DNA of 64,000 nt from Chiloscyllium plagiosum (taxonomy: Eukaryota). Below, in pieces: positions 38,719-50,828 of this stretch (position 1 is the stretch's first letter; every line of letters starts with the position of its first letter). The DNA is taken from positions 7,516,446 to 7,580,445 of the forward strand of contig NC_057751.1 of assembly GCF_004010195.1 (NCBI RefSeq), written 5' to 3'. The notes below the pieces were generated by a model. It made no database searches. It saw nothing but the letters and a program-made list of their open reading frames with translations, and was not told the DNA's origin. The translations under genes were made by a program, and so were the position numbers.

Positions 38719-39064
38719 AATACTAGGAGAAAATCTAGAACTAGGGGTGTCTGTTTAATAATCACGATTCATCCATTTAAGACTGTGATGAATTGAAATC
38801 TTTTCTCCTGGAGTTTTGAGAGTCTTTGAAACTTTCTTCCTGAAAATTATTGAGGGGGTGGGGAATGGTGGTGTTGGTCAGCAAAGCTCTGGTGTCTTTA
38901 AAGCAGAGGTGAATTGATTTTTCAGAAGCATGGAGGTGAGAGCTTATCAGGGATGGATAGAAATGCAGATTTCAATTAGATCTTCTAAAATGACAGAGCA
39001 GGTTCAAAAGGCTGAAAGGCTTCACGTCTCTATGTTTGTGTGTACCACAGTATTTCAGTTAAAA

Positions 39065-39235
39065 TAAACAGCTGCAGATGCAGAAGGTCTGAAGCATAAC
39101 CAGAAATTGCTAGCAAAACTCAGTAGACCTGTTGGCATCTGTGGGAAGAAAGTCACTGGACACAAAATATTAATTCTGCTCTCTTCCCACAGATGCTGCC
39201 AGATCTGCTGAGTGTCACTGGCAATTTTTTTTTGT
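39065..39235. mobile_element. Penelope-derived palindromic mini-element (degraded)
   Basis: Arms aaattgctagcaaaactcagtagacctgttggcatctgtgggaaga and tcttcccacagatgctgccagatctgctgagt. Confidence 0.75.
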
Positions 39236-40117
39236 TAGAGTGTTTATTTCACCTATCCTTGTGGATTTTAACCCCACTGGTGAGAACTGGTCAATTCAGT
39301 TTGACCGGTAACCTGTCAAGTCCAGCAAACTGAGGCTGATAGTCTGAAGCCAGTCAACCTAATCAAGTTAACAGTGGAACACTTCCAGGTTTCAATAACT
39401 TTTTATTCTGTCTCACCAACATTTGGCTTCACCACTTGCTCTGTGACTGGTAAATTCAGTTTATTATCCACATTACGGAAGCCTCATTAAATAAAACCCA
39501 GCTTCTGACATTTTTCATTCATAACTTCAGGACAATTTGCACTGAGTCCAATGGCAATACATTTCTTTTTATGTTATGAAGTGCAGACCAGTGCCCAGCA
39601 CTCAGAGATCTGACTGAAGTTGAATGTAACTTGGCAGCTTTTCAATTTCACCCTCCTGGAAGTGAAACCCCATTCTCTTGTTTACTCTTGTTCTTCACCT
39701 GATTTCCTTGATTCCTCTGGAAAAACTGGCAAAATGAATTTTCCATACTTCCTGAGTCATGACGACAATGATGAAGACAATCTTCCCAAAATACAGTGTG
39801 AATCAGGGTTGAATAAACACATCCTTCCAAATTAGCTACAAAGGGCGCTCCACATTATTCAAGATGATCCAATTGGAAGGTGAAGAGACTCTGCAGAGCT
39901 CTTGTTCTCCGAGCTGAAAAATCCCAGGTTCGAATCCCACCCCAGGACACCATGGCCAATGAAGGTGTGTTTATAATGTAGGTGAACAAATTGGCAAAAC
40001 CTTCAAACACACCATGATGTTAGGCACCTAGAGTGGATGATATTCCAGGTTAGCCAAGTGATGGCAGAATGGTGAATTCACGACCATCACTATCCTTAGC
40101 AGCAAATGACAATATGC

Positions 40118-40655
40118 ACAGAGTCATAGAGGTGTACACCACGGAAGCAAACCCTTCGATCCAACTTGTCCATGCTGATCAGATATCCAAACCCAATCTA
40201 GTCCCACCTGCCAGCACCTGGCCCATATCCCACCAAACTCTTCCTATTCATCTACCCATCCAGATGCCTTTTACATGTTGCAATTGTACCAGCCTCCACC
40301 ACTTCCTCTGGCAGCTCATTCCATACACATACAACCCTCTGCATGAAAACGTTGCCCCTTAGATCTCTTTTATATCTTTCCCGTCTCACCCTAAACCTAT
40401 GCCCTCTAGTTCTGGACTCTCCCACCTTAGGGAAAAGACTTTGTCTATTTACCCTATCCATGCCCCTCATAATTTTGTAAACCTCTATAAGGTCACCCCT
40501 CAGCTTCCGACGCTCCAGGGAAAACAGCCCCAACCTGTTCAGCCTCTCCCTGTAGCTCAGATCCTCCAACCCTGGCAACATCCTTGTAAATCTTCTCTGA
40601 ACCCTTTCAAGTTTCACAACATCTTTCCGACAGGAAGGAGACCAGAATTGCATGT
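40118..40655 (-). mobile_element. Young CR1/HER1 3' fragment
   Basis: Uninterrupted 133-aa ORF QFWSP...LERVQRRFTRMLPGL...RGHRFRVR...WNELPEEVV. Confidence 0.97.
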
Positions 40656-40939
40656 GTTCATGTTCTTAAAACAGATTAGAGGTCCTGAGTGATCTGTGAC
40701 TCAGTACCACGACCTTGTACAGTACAATGAACAGAGGAATTGCAATACAGCACTTTAACCTGTTCCACCATCCAAATAGATCACAGTTGATGTGCAACCT
40801 TGTTCTGACCACCCACATTGGCTTTGAAGAATCACTGTGTTTTTCTTTGAGAAGTGCCATAGCATCTTCTGCATCCACCTGGGAGGCTAGACACATCTCA
40901 CCCAAAGACTTTGAGCAGGTACAACAGAAGTTAAATTAA

Positions 40940-41810
40940 AAACAAAGCTTCCTTTCCACTAACCCCTTCAGACACTTCCAAAGTATGGAACCCACAGGGT
41001 TGAATACAGAGTGATGGTTCCTTCGACACTGTTTGCATCAAACATGCCTGGACAGGTACAGCATGGGATTAGACACAGAGGAAAGCTCGGTTTACATTGT
41101 GCCCACCAGAAACTCTCAGGACAGGTATAGCACAGGGTTAAGTACAAAAGTTGGGGTGGCACGGTGGCTCAGTGGTTAGCACTGCTGCCTCACAGTGCTC
41201 GGGACTTGGGTTCGGTTCCAGCTTCGGGTGACTGTCTGTGTGGAGTTTGTACGTTCTTCCCATATCTGTGTGGCTTTCTGCCATGTGCTCTGGTTTCCTC
41301 CCACAGTCTAAAGATATGCGTTAGGTGGATTGGACATACTAAATTACCCATAGTGCTCAGGGATGAGTAGGTTAGGTGCATTAGCCACGGGGAATGCTCA
41401 GTTGCAGGGATAGGGTGGGCAATGGGTCTGAGTAGGATGCACTTCAGAGGGTTGAAGTGAATTATTGGGCTGATCATTCTGTTTCCATACTGTCGGGCTT
41501 CTATATAACAAGAAATAAAGCTTCTCTCAATACCATCCCCATCAAATACTCCAAGGCTAGTTACAGCACAGAGCTAGATACAGAGTAAAGCTCTCTCTCC
41601 ACTGTCCCCAACTAACATTCCTAGGACTGGTGCAGCACAGGGTTAGATACAAATTGACGCTTCCATCTCCAGTGTTTGCATCAAGCATTCCCGGGAGATG
41701 TCCATCCCGGGCTAGATAAAGAGTAAATCTGCCGCTACACTGTCCCTAACAAACACTCACAGGATATGTATAGCATGGGGTTAAATAGAGAGCAAAGCTC
41801 ACTCTATATT
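40940..41810. repeat. Degenerate ~65-bp minisatellite interrupted by an HE1 SINE
   Basis: Unit approximately caggtacagcacagggttagatacagagtaaagctcyctctacactgtccccatcaaacact, repeated on both sides of 41153-41505. Confidence 0.85.
41153..41505 (+). mobile_element. HE1-type SINE
   Basis: A and B boxes, body. Confidence 0.92.
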
Positions 41811-42814
41811 GCCAGAACTCATGTTGATATCAAGTACTTCCTGAGTAATGAAGACAATGATGAAGATAATCTACCCAACAGACAATGTTAATCAGGATGT
41901 CATAAACCTCCCTTCCCACTGCCCTCAACACACGCTTGAATGTTAGCTTCAACAAACGAGCTCCAATACATCACATTTCAACTTCTGCAGCCGTTTTCAT
42001 TGTGGTTGGTACCTAAACAGATTATTAATAATTGTAAAATACATTGTGAACCTTGAAAACTCTATTCTAATGAGATCAATTATTGGATGCAGAGAATATT
42101 GAAGTTGAACAGAAATTCATCATTCAATGATTTCGGCGGCGAGAGATTCGGGGTTGTTATCTTTTCAGTGCAGCTTGTAATAGCAGACAATAATCTTTTA
42201 TGTGTTTAATCTAAAATTAATACTAAAAAAATTAATTAACAACAATCTTGCAAGTCGGACATTTCGTGAAGCAGCGCTACCACACACTGTGATGGTCAGA
42301 TGTTATCAGAGGAGAGCACAGCTGGGTTCCCACAATAGGCACAGCAATCTGTGAGGTTTTCAAACACAAGCCGAGTCACTGTTTCCTGATTTGCCTTATG
42401 GTGTATTCTGCTGCTGTACTGAACCTTGGCAGAGTTCTGCCCTGGAAGATTCTTGGCCCAGATTTTCCTGCAGACCTGCACTTTTGTGATGCCAATCATC
42501 ACCCATGACCCATCAACCAAGGTAAGGTGAGAATGAGGTAAAAATTACTCAGGGAGTGACTCACACCTCACTCGTGAAGCAGTGTAGTTTCACTACATCT
42601 CTACCTCTGACAATTTGTTCCACGTATTCCTCCTTTTGCCCTGTCCACTGCATGAAAAGCACCATTTTTCAGCCCGTCAGTAGCTAAGAAGAGGCACACT
42701 GGACTTGGAATGTTAACTCTGTTTCACTCTCCACAGAAGCTGCCAGACCTGCTGGGTTTCTTCAGGATTTTCTGTTTTTATGTGTAATTTCTCCCTCAAG
42801 GTTGAAATGGCTTC

Positions 42815-43995
42815 AAGATTGATGAGGTCAGAGCAGCAGATGTTGTTTACTTGGACTTCAGTAAAGCCTTAGACAAGGTTCCACATGGTAGACTAATTAG
42901 TAAAGTTAGATCACATGGGATTCAGGATGACCTTGCCAATTGTATACAAAATTGGCTTAATGGCAGGAGACAGAGTGATTGTGGAAGCTTTTCTTTTGAA
43001 TTGGAGGCCTGTGACCAGTGGTGTTCCACAGGGATCGGAGCTGGGTCCACTGTTGTTTGTCACTTATATAAATCATTTAAATGAGAATATAGAAGGCACG
43101 GTTGGTAGATGACACCAAAATTGGTGGCATAGTAGAAAGTAAAGATTTTCTAAGGTTACAAAGGGATCTTGTTCAAATGGATCCATGGGCTGAAAAATAG
43201 CAGATAGAGTGGAATCTGGATAAATGAAAGGTATTGTATTTGGTACAACAAACAAGAGTAGGACTTTCCAATCAATGGTAGGGCCTTGGGTAGTGTTGGA
43301 GAATAGAGGGACCGAGAGGTTCAGGTGCATAATTCTTTGTAGTTTGCAGAATGATTAAAAAGGCATTCAGCATGCTTGCCTTCATTGCTCAGACCTTTGA
43401 GTGTGATGGGGCATAATGTTGAGGTTGTAAAGGATTTTGGTGAGGCCCCTTCTGGAGTATTGTGTCCAGTCCTGGTCATCCAGTTAAACGGAAGGATATT
43501 ATTAAGCTGGAGATGGTTCGGAAAAGATTTACCAGGATGTTGCCAGGTGTGAAGGGTTTGAGTTATAAGGAGAGACTGGACTGGCTGAAATGTTTTGTGT
43601 TGGAGCTTAGGAGGTCGATGGGTGACCGAATAAAAGTTTATAAAATCATGAGGCTATCGGTAAGGTGAATGGCATGTTTTTTTTCCCTATGGTGGGAGAT
43701 TTCAGGACTAGGGACGTATTTTTAAGGTGAGAGGAGAAAGTTTTAAAAAGGACACGATGGGCAACTTTCATACACAGAGTGTATCATGTGCAGAATGAAC
43801 TTCCAGAGGACGTTGTGGATGTGGATAAAGTGACAACATTTAAAAGACATTTGGATAAGCACATGAATAAGAAAGGTTGGGAGGGATATGGGCTGAACTA
43901 TGGGTGGGACTAATTTAATGTAGGATTATGGTTGGCATGGACTGTTGAACTGCAGGGTCTCTTTCTGTGCTGTGTGACTCTATGACTATGACTCT
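42815..43995 (+). mobile_element. CR1 LINE 3' ~1.2 kb
   Basis: Translations DFSKALDKVPHGRL, SGVPQGSELGPLLFV and IKLEMVRKRFTRMLPG, with a (gactctat)n tail. Confidence 0.95.
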
Positions 43996-44052
43996 GTCAT
44001 TTATAATTGGTCACTTGCAGACAAACCAATCAGCATCACTTGTAAACAATTT

Positions 44053-44094
44053 ATAGGAACCATTGCTAAAGAAAAAAAAATAGGAACCATTGCT
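44053..44094 (+). other. A-rich 12-bp insert flanked by an exact 15-bp duplication
   Basis: ATAGGAACCATTGCT-aaagaaaaaaaa-ATAGGAACCATTGCT. Confidence 0.75.
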
Positions 44095-44854
44095 GGTATC
44101 AATAGCCTCACATGCAGAGTTCACAATCGGCATCAATTTTTTTTTCTTTCTAAACTTGGGCCCATCCTTGTAAATACCTGGCTTAAAACAGAAATTTATA
44201 ACTTCAGCTTTTGGAATCCACAACATTAGACACTGTCTTTACACCCCAAACAGTGACTCTCAGCAAGATCACTCTGTCCACCTTCCTTAATATTGGATGC
44301 TTTATTGCTGGTTGCAGCTAAATGGGGAAAATTCCTGCACAGTTACAGGTGAACCCATCCAGCTCCACTGCTTAAAGTCCAGGCACCCCCAATTTGAATC
44401 GCTGTCACTTTCAGCTGCCCATTCCCTGAATTTCCTCCCACACCCTCTCCACCCATCTTCCTTGAATATGCCCTGACCTCGCCTCTTTTTAATCACTTGT
44501 TCTGCTTTCTCCTCCTCCAACTCCATGTTGAATTCTGTCAGTCATGTTCCTGTGAAGAAGCTCCATCAGTGTCTGTCTTCCAACATAGGCGCCACACAAA
44601 CGCAAATTAGTCTTGCTGACAAACCTCTCGCACTTATGAAACAAACACCAACTGGTCAATCTCGTTAATAGACTGAGTGCTCCTCCTAACCAGGCACAGT
44701 GAACTGCAGAGTAGACTGTAAGTATTAATTGGCCCCTGCCTCTTTTTCCTTCAGTTCTGAGTTTACATTTCTCACTAGAATTTGTCATAGCAGTGCAGTG
44801 AGCACAAAGTGCTTCCTTTGGAGAGTCTGTGGTGCTAAGCATTGTAACCCTTCA

Positions 44855-45204
44855 TCATGGAATCCCTACCGTGTGGAAGGAGGCCATTCGGCCCATTAAT
44901 TCCACAATGACTCTCTGAAAAGCTTCTCACTCAAACCCCTTCACTATATAACGCTGCATTCCCCATGACTAATCGACCTAGCCTGCACATCCCTGGATAC
45001 AATGGGCAATTTAACATGGCCAATCCACTCTAACCTGCACACCTTTGGATTGTGGGATGAAACCACAGCACCTGGAGAAAACCCACACAGACACAGGGAG
45101 AACTTGCAAACTCCGCACAGACAGTCACCCGAGGCTGGAATTGAATCCAGGTCCCTGGAGCTGTGAGGCAGCAGTGCTAACCACAGTGCCACCGTACTGC
45201 TCCC
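44855..45204 (-). mobile_element. HE1-type SINE (a second 3' fragment lies on plus at 45281-45437)
   Basis: Head, body and tail. Confidence 0.9.
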
Positions 45205-46019
45205 ACTTCATGGAAGTGCCCAGATGAAGGTTCAGAGTCCATCACAATCCAGACGCCCTAATTCAAGGTACTGCATGTTATAGTCCAAAGATGTGCACGT
45301 TCGGTGGATTGGCCATGCGAAGTGTGGGGTAAAAGAGATTGGGTGGAGGGGTTGGGTCTCAGTGGAAAACTCTTTGGAGGTCAATGCATTTTTGATGGGC
45401 CAAATGGCCTCTTTCCACCCTGAAGGGTTTCTATGATTATGGGTGTGAAGGTACATTCCCTAAGATGAAAGATGAAGAAATGCAGCTCATTTGTACGACT
45501 GCAGATTTTTTTTTGTGTGTGTGTGGTTCCGATTGCCAGACGTTGCATGGCAACCACATCAAAAGCGCTGTGATTGACAAGTGTGCCACGGTGACACCTT
45601 GCAATGTGCACTCTAAATTCGACTCCTGTTTTGCATCCTGGAATCGACCACTGCCAAAAACAAAATACACTCTTCCTGTGTTTGCAACAAGCAAAAGTGT
45701 TGCCACTGTTGATTTACCAAAAAGAGAAAACACTCAGCACCTCTTCTGTGAAGCAGAACAACTGTTCTGAAAAACAGAGGTGCCTTAGTTTCACTCAAAC
45801 ACCACAACCGACTGTTAATGATCTGCTGTAACCCTTTTTTACCCTGGGACTTTCAGCCTTGCAGCCATGTATCTTAACAGAAAATATTGTGAGCTTCAAG
45901 TAATTTCATTTCGCTGGCGACAAGTTAGTTTCTTCTTCAGAGAACAGTTCTTGCTCATTATACATTGACGCAATATCATCCAGTGATGCTCACTGTTCTG
46001 AGAATGTGTCAGCATTTGA

Positions 46020-46435
46020 AAGCTTAACGTCAACGCTTGATTGGCACCACATCCACACCTTCCACCACCGAAACTCAGTGGCAGCAGTGAGTACTGTCGA
46101 CAAGGTGCACTGCAAAAAAAATTCACGAAAGATCCTTAGATGGCACCTTCCAAACCCACAACCACTTCCAACAACAGTGGCAGCAGACAGATGGGAACAC
46201 TATCACCTGCAAGCTCCCCCACCGAGCCACTTGCCATCATGACTTGGAAATATATCGTTGCTCCTTCACTGCCGCTGAGTCAAAATCCTCATCAGGGTCA
46301 TTGAGGGTCAACCCACAGCAGGTGGACTGCAGTGGTTCAAAAAGGCTGCTCACCACTCAAGGGCAACAATGGACGGGTAATTAACGCTGGCCTAGCCAGC
46401 AACACGCATGTCCCACAAGTGAACAAAAACAAAAA
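46020..46435 (+). mobile_element. LINE-B 3' end
   Basis: cagcagtgagtactgtcgacaaggtgcactgca...ggaaatatatcg...gggcaac...ctggcctagccagc tail. Confidence 0.8.
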
Positions 46436-47179
46436 TTCACAAGTACCTTAAGGACCAGACACAATGATGTGGTCATCTCACTTGTGTCAAAGAGCTTAAG
46501 GTCTCAAAGGAGGAACAGTGAACATCCAGGTACCCCTCCAAGTCTGTGTAATTATATCGAACATAATCTATGCAATCGACAACAGTCTGTAAATAATTAC
46601 TCTTATTCCTGTAATACAGAAGCCTCTTCCACTTAATCCACAAAGTACATCTTCTCTCCCCAACTGAATCCAGTTGGTCCCTGTAGGCCTAAACAGGATG
46701 ATCGGAGAAAACCTTCCAGATGATAAGGTGCAGCTTTGATTCAGTTTTACACATATCTACAGCAGTTCAAGAAGGCAGCTCACCGCCACCTTCTCAACAG
46801 CATCCAAGGGATGGGCAAAAAGTGATGGCCCAGCCAACAAGAGCCATGTGCTATCAATGAATAATAAAAAAATAACGTAGTAGACAGTGGGACAGGTTTG
46901 ATCGGACTGTCCACGCAACACTCACAACGCTTTCCTGCAGCTCTATGCAGTAACACTACCTTCTAGGACAACGCGTAGCAAAACATCTGAGAGTCACTGC
47001 ACATCAAAACCGATTTGACAACACAAGGGATATTGAGAGACAAGTGCCCTGAAGCCGGGCTCTCCAAAGTATGGTTTGCAAGTTGAAATTTTGGGGTCAT
47101 GAGCTCTGAGGCATCAATGGCAGAGTTACATCAACAGCTGTCCCCTCATTCTAACAGGCCTTCCCTGCATTGTAGGAGC

Positions 47180-47385
47180 AAATTACTGCAGATGCTGGAA
47201 TCTGTACTGAAAACAGAAAATGCAGGAAGTCAGAGTGGGTCAGGCAGCATCTGTGGAGAGAGAGAAAGAGAGAAAGCAAACTAACTAGCTCTGATGAAGA
47301 GTCATCTAGACTCAAAAGGTGAATTTGTTCTCTCTCCACGGATGCTGCCTGACACACTGTGATTTCCAGCATTTTTCTTTTTTTT
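47180..47385. mobile_element. Penelope-derived palindromic mini-element with a decayed hammerhead
   Basis: Inverted arms. CTGATGA-A-GAGTC-ATCTA-GACTC-aAAA at 47291-47317. Confidence 0.8.
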
Positions 47386-47429
47386 CCACGCTGCCCCCCA
47401 AAACCCACTCTGTCGGTTTTCAATGAGGG

Positions 47430-47710
47430 GAGTCTCAACAATTTTCAAGCCTTCAGTTGTGGTCACACTGGGGAGGAAGGCACCAGAGAAAACTACCCAA
47501 TCTGGTATCTTGACTGTCGACCCACGAGGGAAATGTAGAGAGGGGAGACCTCAGTTTTACGTCCTCTTCCAAAAGATGATACCTCCAATATTGGAATACT
47601 CCCTCGGTATTGAATTGGAAACCCTGTGTGGTTTGTGTGTTCAAGGCTCTGGAACGTGACTTGAAGCCACAAGCTGAACAACATGGTGGTGACTGTGCTA
47701 CACACAGAGG
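47430..47710 (-). mobile_element. Deu-domain SINE remnant
   Basis: cctcagttttacgtc...aaaga...acctccaata...actccctcggtattg...tcaag...gacttgaa. Confidence 0.65.
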
Positions 47711-47801
47711 CAGAGCTGTAAGCTTGCAGAACACGTTTCAGCTGGGAGGGAAATATGAAGGAAGTTAATGCGCACAGCAGGTGAAGGAAAGCAAGTACCT
47801 C

Positions 47802-48115
47802 TGGCACAGTGTTAGCACTGCTGCCTCACAGCGCCAGAGACCCGGGTTCAATTCCCGCCTCAGGCGACCGACTGTGTGGAGTTTGCACGTTCTCCCCGTG
47901 TCTGCGTGGGTTTCCTCCGGGTGCTCCGGTTTCCTCCCACAGTCCAAAGATGTGCAGGTCAGGTGAATTGGCCATGCTAAAAAATTGTCCGTAGTGTTAG
48001 GTAAGGGGTAAATGTAGGGGTATGGGTGGGTTGCGCTTCGGCGGGGCGGTGTGGACTTGTTGGGCCGAAGGGCCTGTTTCCACACTGTAAAGTAATCTAA
48101 TCTAATCTAACCTAA
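47802..48115 (+). mobile_element. Very young HE1-type SINE
   Basis: CpG-intact body, B box GGTTCAATTCC and (TAATC)n tail. Confidence 0.97.
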
Positions 48116-48352
48116 ATCACAGCTCCGATAACCAGAGGAAGAACTGAGAAGATCAGAGAACGGTTCTTGATGAATTGTGACAACTGGCTGCTGATGAGTC
48201 AAGTTACAAATAGCAGGATTCCCTGCTCTGATAGGGATGTTAATCATTTTCAGAGGAAAATGAATGTCAAGTTTAATGCAGCACGTGCAAGTGACAGACT
48301 TAGCTCCTCCACTTTGTTCAAGTGATCATTCATCCACTGACATTCTCAAAGT

Positions 48353-48655
48353 CCCTCTTTCAATGCTTTTGGCTGACGAATCAAGTTTATTCGATGTTGC
48401 CTGTTGAGCAGGATAAGAAGAGAAATTTAGAAGAATGAGAGGGGGTATGATAGAGACACACGAAATTATGAAGGGAATAGATAAGATAGATGCAGGGAGG
48501 TTATTTCCACTGGCAGGTGAAAGTAGAACGAGAGGGGAATCGCCTCAAAATGAGGGGGAGCAGATTTAGGGCTGAGTTGAGGAGGAAATTCATCACCCAA
48601 AGAGTTGTGAGTCTGTGGCATTCCCAGCCCAACGAAGAAGTTGAGGCTTCCTCGT
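48353..48655 (+). repeat. Paralogue of 53357-53658 (unique ~70-bp head fused to a CR1 3' fragment)
   Basis: Both begin ccctctttcartgcttttggctgacgaatcaagtttattcg and join CR1 at the same point. Confidence 0.9.
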
Positions 48656-48710
48656 GATCCCCATCCACAGTTATCACTGTTATCACAGCAGTCAGATACA
48701 AGCTTATAAC

Positions 48711-49494
48711 TGTGATGAAAACTGTGCTATTTATACCTAGTTTCCTAACGAGTGGCTTATGGATGTTGGTTACATTTTGTGAAGGTGGCTAAGAAAGGTC
48801 AAAGAGTCCTTTATGAGATCCAAGACATCTCAGACAGCAGATGAATGCAGGTTTTTTTAAGTGGTCATGGAAACTTGTTTGTTTATACTCGCGTTTATGA
48901 CAGGCAGTAAATGTTTCAAGACATGACCTTGCTTTTGGTTTAGAATAACAAAGGATTGGGGTTTTAGCTTAGTAAACCCAAAGATTCAGGGCAGCTTGGA
49001 GAGACCCAAGTGGGGTCAAAAGGAAATGTAGTTTCTCTTCTGGGAAGGAGTACTGGAAATGTCAGGAAAGGCTTGGTGGAAAAGTTTAGCTTGTGAAACT
49101 TCCAGGACAGGAGTATCTGGTTATAAATTGGTGGATTATTAAAAGACCGGGAAAATCTACGCTTTCAGTTCCATGGAAGCAGACTTGAATGTTCCCCGGA
49201 CACAGCAGTGGAGATACAATTCAATCAAACCTAAAGATGGAGAAGGGTAATTTCTCTGGATTAATAATTATCACTGCACAATGATAAAGTTCAAGAACAG
49301 ATGAGGCTTTGTTTTGCTTGTGTGTTTTTAAATGTTCTAAACTGCGTTCTACATTTAGATAGCTTGTTTTGTTTATTTTTCCTTTCATGTAATAAACTTG
49401 TTCTTTGACTGGACAAAATCCACAGTCTTGTGCAGCAATGTTTCAGTGAACAACCACCTCTTTCAAGAAAACAAACATGATTTCCCAAGTCACA
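48711..49494 (+). mobile_element. Probable degraded solo LTR
   Basis: Starts TGTGATG. AATAAA followed by U5-like sequence near 49390. 3' end and TSD unclear. Confidence 0.4.
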
Positions 49495-49689
49495 AAGCAT
49501 CAAATAACTAGAGCTGGAGAAATAACTTTAAACAATTTGATGAAAGGCAATGTTCCACAGAATCGTTACAGTGTGGAAACAGGCCTTTCAAGCCCAAAAA
49601 GTCCACACCGACCCTCTGAGGAGCATCCCACCCAGACCACCCTCCCACCCTATCCCTGAACCCTGTCTTACCCATGGCTAATCTACCCA

Positions 49690-49785
49690 GGGATTCCTGA
49701 AGAAGGGCTTATGCCCGAAACGTCGATTCTCCTGTTCCCTGGATGCTGCCTGACCTTCTGCGCTGTTCCAGCAACACATTTTCAG
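49690..49785 (+). mobile_element. 96-bp Penelope-derived monomer with 18-bp TSD
   Basis: TSD ccatggctaatctaccca (49672-49689) / ccatagctaatctaccca (49786-49803). Confidence 0.9.
49691..49730 (+). ncRNA. Minimal type I hammerhead ribozyme, intact core
   Basis: ggattc-CTGAAGA-A-GGGC-TTAT-GCCC-GAAA-CG-TC-gattct. Predicted cleavage after C49724. Stem I has one mismatch. Confidence 0.75.
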
Positions 49786-50254
49786 CCATAGCTAATCTAC
49801 CCAATCTGCACAACCTTATACACTATGGGCAGTTTAGCACGGCCAATCCAGCAAACCTGCACATCTTTGGACTGTGGAAGGAAACTGGAACATCCAGAGG
49901 TAACCCACACAGACTTGGGGAGAACATGCAAACCCCACACAGATGGTTGCCCGAGGCTGGAATTGAACCTGGGTCCCTGGCGCTGTGAGGCAGCAGGGCT
50001 CACCACTGACCCACCATGCTAACAAAGCAAAACGATATAGCAGCAGAACAATAAAAAATCAGTCTATCCCCGAGAGGAAGGACTCGTAAAAGGGGATAAA
50101 CTGACTACAATTAACCAAGAGGTTAAGGATAGCATCAAACAGAAAGAAAGAAAATGCAACCTGGAGAAGATTAGTCGTAAGACAGAAAACTGGGAAAATG
50201 CCATATACAAAAAAAAACACAGGTTCAAGGCATCTGTAATTATAGTCCCTGTTA

Positions 50255-50605
50255 GGGGAGGCAATGGTCTAGTGGTATTGTCACTGCACTGTTAATTCAG
50301 AGAGCCAGATAAGGATTTGGAATCCAGGTTTGAATCCTGCCATGGCAAATGGTGGAACTTGAATGCAGTAAATATCTGGAATTGAAAGTTTACCGATGAC
50401 TGTGAATCTATTGCTGATTGCTGGGAAAACCCAACTGGTTCACTAATGCTCTTGAGGGAAAGAAACTGGAGTAGTTATCTAATCTGGACTACATGTGACT
50501 CCAGACCCACAGCAATGTGGTTAATTCTTAACTGCCCTCTGGGTAATTAGGAGTGGGCACTAAATGCCAGCGACTCCCTCATCCCGTGAATGAAGTTTTA
50601 AAAAT
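50255..50605 (+). mobile_element. SINE-B full-length copy
   Basis: A box TGGTCTAGTGG, B-box-like GGTTTGAATCC, body and LINE-B tail. Confidence 0.88.
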
Positions 50606-50828
50606 CAGGGAGAAACGTGGCTCTGAGGGGAAACCAGGAAGTGACATCAAAATGCTCAGCAAGTGCTTCTTTGGACAAACATGATTTACCAAGTCATCAA
50701 GAATCAAATAACTCAATTAAACGGAAGAGAGAGGTCAAAGTAAGCACCGGGGTACCCCAAGAACAAGGCAAGGCAAGTAACAATAGGGAACCAGGAAATG
50801 GCAGAGACGTTGAACAAATGTGGCTCAT

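Larger units (their letters stand above)
49563..50020 (-). mobile_element. HE1-type SINE interrupted by a hammerhead mini-element
   Basis: SINE halves are colinear around 49690-49785. Confidence 0.92.

Noticed and set aside
47802..47875. tRNA gene
   Set aside because: The A and B boxes belong to the tRNA-derived SINE head and continue into the SINE body.
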